In this document: piece after piece, positions 9,554 to 18,065 of the stretch
Layout: the number at the start of each line of letters is the position of its first letter
Position numbering within the stretch: position 1 is the first letter of the stretch
NCBI GenBank assembly: GCA_050014195.1
Contig: JBEKDT010000009.1
Location: forward strand, 120,519 to 184,518
Length of the DNA: 64,000 bases
Direction of reading: 5' to 3'
DNA from: Desulfomonilia bacterium
GTDB lineage: Bacteria; Desulfobacterota; Desulfomonilia; UBA1062
Notes under the pieces: generated by a model
Database searches by the model: none
The model's input: the letters and a program-made list of their open reading frames with translations, nothing else
What the model was told of the DNA's origin: nothing
Made by a program: the position numbers and the translations under genes

Positions 9554-10315
9554 ATGGATGACAAAATTTTATTAGAAGATGATATCGTTGATCTTACTGA
9601 CCTTCTGGAGGAAGGCAGCCCACCCAAGAAGCCCCAACAGGCTGAAGCCAAGAGGAAGATGGTGAATGAACCCGATTCCTTTGACCTTGGTAAGGAGATC
9701 TCTATGGATTATGACGTATCCGTTGAAGAGATCGAGCATGATAGCACCTTGCTTATGGATGGGCCTCCCCTGGATCTTGATAAAAAGCCACCTGAACAGA
9801 CCAAGGTCAAGAGCGATGTGGACGATCTCTTGAAGAAGCCCCTGTTGGATATTGAGGCCGAGATCGATCTGGCAATAAAGGACAAGTTCGAGGATGTAGG
9901 TCTGACATCTAAAGAAGAGGAAGCGCTTCTGAATGAAGGACCGGCAGAGGAAGTTCCCACTATCATAGAAGGGAAGCCGGCATCCCCGAAAGAAGAGGTT
10001 CTGGCGCCGATGGAAGAACCGGCAAGGGTTGAGAGGGTTTCTCTACCTGAGATTGAGCCCTCACCAGCAGAGGAACCCTTAAGTGTCCTGCAGGGAATAC
10101 CGAAGGCCGACATCCCTGTGGATATGCCTACCGAGGCTATTCTGGATGCTGTGATCAGTGAATTCAGAAAAGAAATGCCCGCACTCCTGGAAGGTATTGT
10201 CAGGCCCGTGGTGAAGGAACTGCTTCAGGAAATCATCTCCTCGACCCGTGAAGTGATTCCCGGGATTGTTGAGAAAGTGATCCAAGAGGAAATCGAAAAG
10301 CTCAAGAAGCTCTAG
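9554..10315 (+). CDS. Acidic Pro/Glu-rich protein with a PopZ/RomR-C-like C-terminal helical domain
   Basis: ATG 9554 preceded by AAGGAG; low-complexity D/E/P-rich middle; C-terminus VRPVVKELL...IPGIVEKVIQEEIEKL. Confidence 0.7.
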   Translation: MDDKILLEDDIVDLTDLLEEGSPPKKPQQAEAKRKMVNEPDSFDLGKEISMDYDVSVEEIEHDSTLLMDGPPLDLDKKPPEQTKVKSDVDDLLKKPLLDIEAEIDLAIKDKFEDVGLTSKEEEALLNEGPAEEVPTIIEGKPASPKEEVLAPMEEPARVERVSLPEIEPSPAEEPLSVLQGIPKADIPVDMPTEAILDAVISEFRKEMPALLEGIVRPVVKELLQEIISSTREVIPGIVEKVIQEEIEKLKKL

Positions 10316-10368
10316 GATGCTTTAAGGGGCGGCTGGTATCTGTTTGGGCAAGGTCCTCTGACGCTTAT

Positions 10369-10413
10369 CAGATAACTCCAGTACTCAGATAAAGGTGTTG
10401 GAGTTTTCTGTTT
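10369..10413 (+). terminator. Long hairpin with a short T run, probable terminator
   Basis: CAGATAACTCCAGTACT pairs with GGTGTTGGAGTTTTCTG (G-U pairs, one mismatch), followed by TTT. Confidence 0.45.
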
Positions 10414-10561
10414 AAAACAAGATCCGGCAGACGATCACTTTAAGGTTTTTCACTAACTATTCGTTCAATCATAGAGCACCTGCAGAGAACACCCCAGAGG
10501 CTTTTGCCTTTTACGGTCTTTTCATGCTATGAGATGTGCCACAACCAAGCAGGAGTGCGAG

Positions 10562-13198
10562 ATGCTCGACAAAGACTATGACCCCAAAGATTTTGAGCAG
10601 AAATGGTATGAGATCTGGCTTGAGAAGAAGTATTTCCACGCCAATGAAGATGATGGAACAAGGCCTGCTTATACAATCGTAATCCCGCCCCCCAATGTTA
10701 CGGGTGTTCTCCACATGGGACATGCGCTGAATAATACCCTACAGGATATCATGATCCGCTACAAGCGTATGGATGGATATAATTCTTTGTGGATGCCCGG
10801 TACTGACCACGCGGGTATTGCTACACAGAACGTGGTGGAAAAGTCCTTGTCGGAGAGAGGGATCTCAAGGCATGATCTGGGAAGGGATGCCTTCATATCG
10901 GAGGTCTGGAAGTGGAGGGAAAAGCACGGAGGCCTCATCATCAGTCAGCTCAAGAGGCTGGGTGCCTCCTGTGACTGGGACCGGACACGCTTCACAATGG
11001 ACGAAGGTCTCTCGAACGCGGTCAGAAAGGTCTTTGTCACCCTGTATGAAGATGGCCTGATATACCGGAGCGATTATATCGTAAACTGGTGCCCGCGGTG
11101 CCACAGCGCCATATCCGACCTGGAGGTGGAGCACGAGGAAGAGGATGGACATCTTTGGCATATCAGGTATCCCCTTGCCGATGGTAGTGGTGATGTTGTG
11201 GTGGCTACCACCAGGCCTGAGACCATGCTCGGTGATACGGCCGTGGCAGTCAACCCTGATGACGAGCGATATAAAGCAATGATTGGAAAGGACCTTATCC
11301 TTCCTGTCATGAACCGTCGAATCCCCATTATTGCCGATCAACTGGTGGATAAAGAATTCGGCACGGGCGCCGTCAAGGTCACGCCCGCCCACGACCTCAA
11401 CGACTATGAGATGAGCCTACGCCATGGGCTCGAGGTCATAGTGATCATCGATGAATCCGGGAATATGAACGTCAATGCCGGGCAATATATGGGACTCGAC
11501 CGGTTTGAGTGCAGAAAGCAGCTGGAGAGGGATCTGGAGGAACAAGGATTCCTCGTGGACAAGACCCATTACCGGGTACCGGTGGGTAAGTGCTACCGGT
11601 GCAAGACCACTATTGAGCCCTATCTCTCAAAGCAATGGTTCGTCAAAACCAGGCCATTGGCCGAAGAGGCAATCAGGGCCGTACAAGACGGAAGGACGAG
11701 GATCATCCCCAAACAATGGGAAAAGGTTTACTATGAATGGATGAACAATATCCGCGACTGGTGCATCTCACGCCAGATCTGGTGGGGGCACAGGATACCG
11801 GCCTGGTACTGTGATGACTGTGAGGAGGTCATTGTAAGTGAGACCGAGCCCAAGCAGTGCACCAATTGTAAATCAGGCAATCTCAGGCAGGAAACCGATG
11901 TACTCGACACCTGGTTCTCCTCCGGATTGTGGCCTTTCTCCACCTTGGGTTGGCCGGATCAGACAGACACCTTGAAGCGATTTTACCCCACGGATGTTCT
12001 CATCACCGGGTTTGACATCCTCTTCTTCTGGGTGGCAAGGATGATGATGCTCGGTCTTAAGTTCATGAACGATGTCCCTTTTAGAGATGTTTACCTCCAT
12101 GCCCTGGTGCGCGACGAACAGGGGCAGAAGATGAGCAAATCTAAGGGAAACATCGTGGACCCCCTTGTGGAGATGGACAAGTACGGGGCTGATGCCTTCA
12201 GGTTTGCGCTGACCGCCTTTGCCGCCATGGGGAGAGACGTGCGCATTAGTGATAAGCGTATACAGGGGTATCGCTTCTTCATCAACAAGATCTGGAACGC
12301 AGGTAAATTTGTTTTGAGCAATATACAAGGCTTTGAACCGAAAGGTGTAGCCCTTGACACGGCAAAACTCGGGCTTGCTGAAAAGTGGATCCTGACCGAG
12401 CTGAACAAGACCATCCGGGATGCTAGAGCCGCTCTTGATGAATACCGCTATAACGATGCTGCGGATACCCTCTACCAGTTCACCTGGCACACCTTCTGTG
12501 ACTGGTACATCGAGCTCTCCAAGTCCATGCTGAATACCGAGGGTGTGCTGTATACGAGGTGGGTGCTTCACTACGTATTGAAGGCTATCCTCGAGCTGTT
12601 GCATCCCATCGTTCCCTTTGTAACCGAGGAGATCTGGCAGTGTCTGCCCGGAAGAGAAGGAGAATCCATCGTAATCGCATCATATCCGAAGGAGCGGGGT
12701 GAATTCAACTTCACCGGCGATGCCGAGCTCATGAGCTATATTATTGAGATTATTTCCGGTGTACGCAGTATCCGGGGTGAGACAGGCATATCGCCTGCTC
12801 TGTTGCTTGATGTAGTCATCCGGGTAATTGATCCGAGGCTTAAGGGTCTTCTCGACGCCAATAGCGTGCATATCAAGGACTTGGCACGGGTATCCCGGGT
12901 TGGATTCATCGCCGATGAGACGAAGCGCCCGAAGAAGTGTGCCCTTGCTGTGAGGAAAGGACTCGAGGTCTATGTACCCTTGGAAGGGGTGATTGATATA
13001 GAAAAAGAAGTTGACCGCCTTACTAAGCAGATGGGTAAGGTAAAGAAGGAGCTTGAGGAGAAACTCAAGAAGCTTAATAACCCGAACTTTATTGAAAAAG
13101 CCAAGAGGGAAGTTGTGGAAGAGCAGATTAAGATAAAGGAAGGCCTGGAGTTCGAGCTTAAGAGTCTCCAAAAGTCCTATACGTTGCTTCAAGGGTAA
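10562..13198 (+). CDS. valS: Valine--tRNA ligase
   Basis: PPPNVTGVLHMGH, DWCISRQIWWGH, KMSKS, C-terminal coiled coil; AGGAG RBS favours ATG 10562. Confidence 0.98.
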   Translation: MLDKDYDPKDFEQKWYEIWLEKKYFHANEDDGTRPAYTIVIPPPNVTGVLHMGHALNNTLQDIMIRYKRMDGYNSLWMPGTDHAGIATQNVVEKSLSERGISRHDLGRDAFISEVWKWREKHGGLIISQLKRLGASCDWDRTRFTMDEGLSNAVRKVFVTLYEDGLIYRSDYIVNWCPRCHSAISDLEVEHEEEDGHLWHIRYPLADGSGDVVVATTRPETMLGDTAVAVNPDDERYKAMIGKDLILPVMNRRIPIIADQLVDKEFGTGAVKVTPAHDLNDYEMSLRHGLEVIVIIDESGNMNVNAGQYMGLDRFECRKQLERDLEEQGFLVDKTHYRVPVGKCYRCKTTIEPYLSKQWFVKTRPLAEEAIRAVQDGRTRIIPKQWEKVYYEWMNNIRDWCISRQIWWGHRIPAWYCDDCEEVIVSETEPKQCTNCKSGNLRQETDVLDTWFSSGLWPFSTLGWPDQTDTLKRFYPTDVLITGFDILFFWVARMMMLGLKFMNDVPFRDVYLHALVRDEQGQKMSKSKGNIVDPLVEMDKYGADAFRFALTAFAAMGRDVRISDKRIQGYRFFINKIWNAGKFVLSNIQGFEPKGVALDTAKLGLAEKWILTELNKTIRDARAALDEYRYNDAADTLYQFTWHTFCDWYIELSKSMLNTEGVLYTRWVLHYVLKAILELLHPIVPFVTEEIWQCLPGREGESIVIASYPKERGEFNFTGDAELMSYIIEIISGVRSIRGETGISPALLLDVVIRVIDPRLKGLLDANSVHIKDLARVSRVGFIADETKRPKKCALAVRKGLEVYVPLEGVIDIEKEVDRLTKQMGKVKKELEEKLKKLNNPNFIEKAKREVVEEQIKIKEGLEFELKSLQKSYTLLQG

Positions 13199-13917
13199 TG
13201 AACCTGCTGAAATCAAAGGGACTGATTACAGAGGTCATAGATCTCGCAGAGGTGGACTCCACCAACCAATATGCCCTGAGTGCAGGCAGACCCGGCCTGC
13301 TTGTTCGCTCCCGTGTCCAGACTGCAGGCAGGGGCAGAAGGGGCAGGACATGGTACTCATCAAAAGGCGAAAATGTATACATGACCGTTACCTTGACGCC
13401 GCCGGAAGAACGCTATCCCATAATCGCCGGCATTGCCGTCCGGGCCGCTATTGAAAGCTTACTTCCCAATCAGTCAGTAGCCATCAAATGGCCCAATGAT
13501 ATAGTTATCTCGGGAAAGAAGGTATGCGGGATCCTCTGCGAGGCCAGAGGGGCCATAACAGCTATCGGTATTGGTGTCAATGTGAACCAACAGGCATGGC
13601 CTGGAGAGCTCGAGCATAGGGCCATTTCTCTAAAACAGGTGTCGCAGCGGAATTTCAGCATTGATGAGGTGACTGAAGTGATAGCGGAAAATCTCTGCCG
13701 ATGGATAGAGGTGTTTCGCAGCCGGGGATTTGGTCCGATTAGGGATGAGTTTTTATGCCATGGAATGCTTGAGGGATATGATGTTTATAATGATAAAGGT
13801 CATAGATGCACCATAATCGACATCACGATAGATGGTCACCTCGTTATCGATGTGGATGGTAAGAGAAATATCCTCGTACATGAACCGGTGTCCCTTGGAT
13901 GGGACAAGGATGTTTAA
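13198..13917 (+). CDS. birA: Biotin--protein ligase without an HTH domain
   Basis: VDSTN, QTAGRGRRGRTW, KWPND, KKVCGIL, GIGVNV. Confidence 0.95.
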   Translation: MNLLKSKGLITEVIDLAEVDSTNQYALSAGRPGLLVRSRVQTAGRGRRGRTWYSSKGENVYMTVTLTPPEERYPIIAGIAVRAAIESLLPNQSVAIKWPNDIVISGKKVCGILCEARGAITAIGIGVNVNQQAWPGELEHRAISLKQVSQRNFSIDEVTEVIAENLCRWIEVFRSRGFGPIRDEFLCHGMLEGYDVYNDKGHRCTIIDITIDGHLVIDVDGKRNILVHEPVSLGWDKDV

Positions 13918-14055
13918 GACCCTGGATTTTTAGATAAACCTTATAGGATTGATTTCTTTTTTCTATCCCGGTAAGCATTATGACTTCCAGGTGCTACTAT
14001 AGGCCGACCCTTGTCTTTTCAATGGTTGAAGCTAACATAGTATCCGGGAGGGAAT

Positions 14056-14529
14056 ATGCGCATAGACAGAAATATCAAAGAGAGAGGGCATGATCCGTAC
14101 AGCGAAGGTCGCAAACATGCCGAAGGTGCATACTGCCCGGAATGCCACGCCGTCTATCAGGGAGGCAGGTGGGTATGGCCGGAGGGGCCTGTTTCTTTGG
14201 GCGAACCTCTCCTTTGTTCCTCATGCAGGAGGATCAGGGATGACTTTCCAGCAGGCGAGCTCTATCTGTCGGGCAATTATCTGATAAAGCACAAAAAAGA
14301 GATTGAAAACCTGATCCATAAGATTGCCAAAGAGGCCAGAGAGAGATCACCGCTCAAGAGGATGATGGATATGAAAAAACAAGACCAGGGCTTGTGTGTG
14401 AGATTGACCGATGACCATCTTGCACGGCACATCGGTGATGCTATTTTCCGTGCTTATAGGGGGGATCTGCAGCTCAAATATTCTGATGAGCAGAAGTTTG
14501 TACGACTCTACTGGCACCGCGATGAATGA
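14056..14529 (+). CDS. BCAM0308-family / NMD3-like zinc-ribbon protein
   Basis: HDPY, CPECHAVY...GRWVW, CSSCRRIRD, HLARHIG, VRLYW. Confidence 0.75.
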   Translation: MRIDRNIKERGHDPYSEGRKHAEGAYCPECHAVYQGGRWVWPEGPVSLGEPLLCSSCRRIRDDFPAGELYLSGNYLIKHKKEIENLIHKIAKEARERSPLKRMMDMKKQDQGLCVRLTDDHLARHIGDAIFRAYRGDLQLKYSDEQKFVRLYWHRDE

Positions 14530-15281
14530 AAAGGCTTCTTGTCATCAATGCCGATGACTTAGGCTTAAGTCCAGATATAAATTCCGGGATATTGTGGGGC
14601 ATGGGGCAGGGCTTTATCAGCGACACCTCAGTGATGGTCAAGGCCCCATATGCCGAGCCTGCAATACGAGGGCTTAAGGCTTTAGGCATTAAGCATACGG
14701 GTATCCATATCAACCTGGATGATATGCTCGGTTGGAAGCCGGGAGGCATTGAACTCAAGGCCAGGCCAGCCCTCATGGAGATGTTGGATGACCAGGAATT
14801 TATGAGAGAATGCGCCAGCGAGGCTCGGGAACAGATCGAGATCTTCTTGTCTTTCGGCCTTATACCCACACACTTAGACACTCACCATCATGTACATGGG
14901 TTCTCTTCCATATTTGATTTTCTTGTAGATCACTTGATAGAATACGGTATTCCCGCTCTCAGGTTCAGCAGGCATGGTTATCGGCTCCCCACCCGGGAAG
15001 ATATCTCATATACTGATAAGCTCTATGCCCATATGGAAGAGAGACTCAAGCGTAACGGGATATATTTCAGTACGCATTTTTTAGAGGGTGCCAGCAGGAT
15101 CGTCGATGTGGATCAAGGGGTCACGGAGCTTGTGGTCCATCCTTCCATGGGAGGAGAGCCCTGGAGGTCGGAAGAACTTAAGATCATTCAAATGAAAGGC
15201 ACGCCCGTCAACTTGGAGCGTAATGGCATTGAACTGGTCAGTTTCCAAGATGTTTTACGGGCAGATACACCTGATTTATGA
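14526..15281 (+). CDS. YdjC/ChbG/HpnK-family carbohydrate deacetylase
   Basis: INADDLG, GIHINL, PTHLDTHHHVH, ELVVHP. Confidence 0.9.
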   Translation: MKRLLVINADDLGLSPDINSGILWGMGQGFISDTSVMVKAPYAEPAIRGLKALGIKHTGIHINLDDMLGWKPGGIELKARPALMEMLDDQEFMRECASEAREQIEIFLSFGLIPTHLDTHHHVHGFSSIFDFLVDHLIEYGIPALRFSRHGYRLPTREDISYTDKLYAHMEERLKRNGIYFSTHFLEGASRIVDVDQGVTELVVHPSMGGEPWRSEELKIIQMKGTPVNLERNGIELVSFQDVLRADTPDL

Positions 15282-15545
15282 GAGCCCCTTGTTATCCAGT
15301 TCCTTGTTCCGTAAGCTCAGACTGATATCCACGAGTACCATGAGGCCGTTTAAGGCATACAGGGTTACCACCCAGTCAAGGTTGTAAAACAGCTTGTGAA
15401 GGATCCCTGCGATATAGCCGATAAAAACGATAATAAGGAATGCAATGCTTTTGCCCCGGGCGGTCCTTGATGTGTAGGATTTATAGATGGATGTGGGCCA
15501 GGCAGAGCCGAAACAGATAAGCATTATCACTTCGAAGATACTCAT
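15276..15545 (-). CDS. Small three-TM PQ-loop/SemiSWEET-like membrane protein
   Basis: MLICFGSAWP, KSYTSRTARGKS, GYIAGILHK; GAGGTG RBS before ATG 15545. Confidence 0.75.
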   Translation of the reverse strand: MSIFEVIMLICFGSAWPTSIYKSYTSRTARGKSIAFLIIVFIGYIAGILHKLFYNLDWVVTLYALNGLMVLVDISLSLRNKELDNKGLS

Positions 15546-15685
15546 GGTTAAGCTCACCTCTTACTTGCTTGTTTGATATTCCATCCAGCTGGGTATCATG
15601 GATTACTCTGCTATACTATAGGTAATCACTGCATGTTTCTTCGTTATACAACAGAATATGTCATAGGTCACTGACATTTCATGAG

Positions 15686-15719
15686 AAAAGGCCGGAGGGC
15701 TTCTGTCCCCTCCGGCCTT
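15686..15719 (-). terminator. Rho-independent terminator of pilBTC
   Basis: AAGGCCGGAGGG-N8-CCCTCCGGCCTT stem with a T run on the minus strand. Confidence 0.85.
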
Positions 15720-15749
15720 AGATAAGCCTTAGGTGTGTATGGTCAAGTT

Positions 15750-16943
15750 TTATACGTTTTGTGCCATCTTGAAGATTGGCAGGTACATCGCCACGACTAC
15801 AAAGCCGATGACCCCGCCCAGAAATACCATAAGCATGGGCTCCAAGGCCGAGGTCAAAGCCTCCACCGCCGTATCCACCTCTTCATCGTAAAAGTCGGCG
15901 ATCTTACTAAGCATCTGGTCCATGGCGCCTGTTGCTTCACCCACAGCGATCATCTGTACCACCATGCCGGGGAAGATGCCTGTCTGCTCCAGGGGTTCCG
16001 ACATGGATCTCCCCTCGCTGATAGCCGTTCTGACCGCACGGATGGCATTTTCAACAATAACATTACCGGCAGTCTTGGAAGTAATGTCCAACCCGTCCAT
16101 GATAGGGACTCCCGAGGAGATCATGGTGCCCAGGGTGCGGGTAAACTTTGCAACAGCTACCTTCCTGATGAGATCACCGAAGATAGGGAGCCTTAATGCT
16201 AGTTTATCTGTGTAGAAACGCCCCTTTTCCTGGGTCCTGATCCATTTGAAGCCGAAGATAAGCAATACGATGAAACCTGCCATCGCCCACCAGAACTTTC
16301 TGAAAAAGTAGCTCAGGTTTACCACCATTTGTGTAGGGGCCGGCAAAGCAGAGCCGAATTGTTTGAACATATCACTGAAGGTGGGGATAACGAAGATCAT
16401 GAGGATTGCCACAACGCCAAAGGCTACGCACAGCACGATGATGGGGTATGTCATGGCGCTCTTGATCTTGTTTTTGAGTTGTTCATTCTTTTCCATATAC
16501 ACGGCGAGACGGTTCAAGACCGTATCGAGCACGCCACCGATCTCACCTGCTGCAACAAGGTTTACGTAGAGGCTGTCAAAGACCTTCGGGTGCTTGCTCA
16601 AGGAATCTGCAAAGGTGCTTCCCCCCTCAACGTCCTGCTTTATCTGGGTAAGGACCTTTTTGAAGCTGGGGTTGGGCTGCTGGGAAGATAAGATGTCAAG
16701 GCACTGGACGAGCGGTAAGCCTGCATTGATCATGGTGGAGAACTGCCGGGTGAAGATCACGATCTCCTTGGTTTTGATCCCTTTCTCGAAGAGGGAGATT
16801 TTTTTTGCCTTGGTTTTAAGTTTTGTTGGGATGATTCTCTGCCGCTTGAGGATCATAGCTGCCGCAGCCTTGTCAGAAGCCTCGATCTCACCCTTTTTAA
16901 TGCTCCCGTTGGCGAGCTTGCCTTCCCAAACGAATACTGACAT
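15750..16943 (-). CDS. pilC: Type IV pilus platform protein PilC
   Basis: FTRQFSTMINAGLPL, AGEIGG, AMTYP, VGEATG, AMYLPIF. Confidence 0.96.
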   Translation of the reverse strand: MSVFVWEGKLANGSIKKGEIEASDKAAAAMILKRQRIIPTKLKTKAKKISLFEKGIKTKEIVIFTRQFSTMINAGLPLVQCLDILSSQQPNPSFKKVLTQIKQDVEGGSTFADSLSKHPKVFDSLYVNLVAAGEIGGVLDTVLNRLAVYMEKNEQLKNKIKSAMTYPIIVLCVAFGVVAILMIFVIPTFSDMFKQFGSALPAPTQMVVNLSYFFRKFWWAMAGFIVLLIFGFKWIRTQEKGRFYTDKLALRLPIFGDLIRKVAVAKFTRTLGTMISSGVPIMDGLDITSKTAGNVIVENAIRAVRTAISEGRSMSEPLEQTGIFPGMVVQMIAVGEATGAMDQMLSKIADFYDEEVDTAVEALTSALEPMLMVFLGGVIGFVVVAMYLPIFKMAQNV

Positions 16944-16946
16944 GGG

Positions 16947-18050
16947 TTATCTCCTCTCTGTTCCTGATACGTTCCTGTGCTGAGCAGGGGACGCCATCAT
17001 CTGTCTGAGCTCTTCCGGATCCATGGACCTTCCGAGCGAATCATCCAAGGTTATTAATTTACGCATGTAGAGATTCAGCAGCGACTGGTTCATGGTCTGC
17101 ATGCCGTGCTTGGTCTGTCCTACCTGCATCTGGGAGTAGATCTGGTGGATCTTGTCTTCCCTGATGAGGTTCCGTATTGCCGGGGTCGTTATCATCACCT
17201 CGGCTGCAAGCACCCTCCCTTTGCCGTCCAGCCTGGGAATGAGCTGCTGGGCGATGACCGCCTCCAGTACAAATGCCATCTGAGCCCGAACCTGAGACTG
17301 CTGATGCGCCGGGAATGCATCCACGACGCGGTTGACGGTCTGGACTGCCGAGTTGGTATGTAAGGTAGCAAACACAAGGTGGCCTGTCTCGGAAATAGTG
17401 AGTGCCGCCTGTATGGTCTCCAGGTCTCTCATCTCACCGATGAACACAACGTCCGGGTCCTGCCGAAGGATGTATTTGAGGGCGGTCACAAAGCTCTTTG
17501 TGTCCGCACCGATCTCCCTCTGATTAACCAGACAGCCTTTATGCTTGTGCACGAATTCTATCGGGTCTTCTATGGTGACGATGTGGTCGTGGCGTTCTGT
17601 GTTGATTTTGTCCAGAAATGCGGCCAAGGTGGTGGATTTACCGCATCCCGTCGGTCCTGTCACCAGGATAAGACCACGAGGAAGCGAGGTGACCCTCATG
17701 ACAACCGATGGGAGGCCAAGGGTTTCGAGCGACAGGATCTCATAGGGGATCATCCTGAATACACCTGCAAGAGCACCCCTCTGAATAAAGATATTGGCCC
17801 TGAATCGGGCAACACCCTTGATGCCGAAGGAGAGGTCGAGCTCCTGTTCCTCCTCGAATTTATGCTTCTGGGCCTCAGTGAGGATAGAGTAGAGCAATTC
17901 CCGCGTAGTTTTAGGATCCATCGTTGGTACATCCAGGGGATAGAGCTGTCCTCTCACACGGATCTGGGGAGGTGATGCTGTAGTGATATGCAAGTCTGAA
18001 GCACCCTTCTCAACCATGATCTTGAGCAAGTCATAGATAGAATGTTCCAA
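16947..18050 (-). CDS. pilT: Type IV pilus retraction ATPase PilT
   Basis: ASDLH, GPTGCGKSTT, TIEDPIE, LRQDPD, ETGHLVFATLHT, AIRNLIRE. Confidence 0.97.
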   Translation of the reverse strand: MEHSIYDLLKIMVEKGASDLHITTASPPQIRVRGQLYPLDVPTMDPKTTRELLYSILTEAQKHKFEEEQELDLSFGIKGVARFRANIFIQRGALAGVFRMIPYEILSLETLGLPSVVMRVTSLPRGLILVTGPTGCGKSTTLAAFLDKINTERHDHIVTIEDPIEFVHKHKGCLVNQREIGADTKSFVTALKYILRQDPDVVFIGEMRDLETIQAALTISETGHLVFATLHTNSAVQTVNRVVDAFPAHQQSQVRAQMAFVLEAVIAQQLIPRLDGKGRVLAAEVMITTPAIRNLIREDKIHQIYSQMQVGQTKHGMQTMNQSLLNLYMRKLITLDDSLGRSMDPEELRQMMASPAQHRNVSGTERR

Positions 18051-18065
18051 TGAATACCTCCAAAA

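Noticed and set aside
10316-10561. T-box riboswitch upstream of valS
   Set aside because: No GGTGGNACC T-box motif or specifier stem visible; only one long hairpin.
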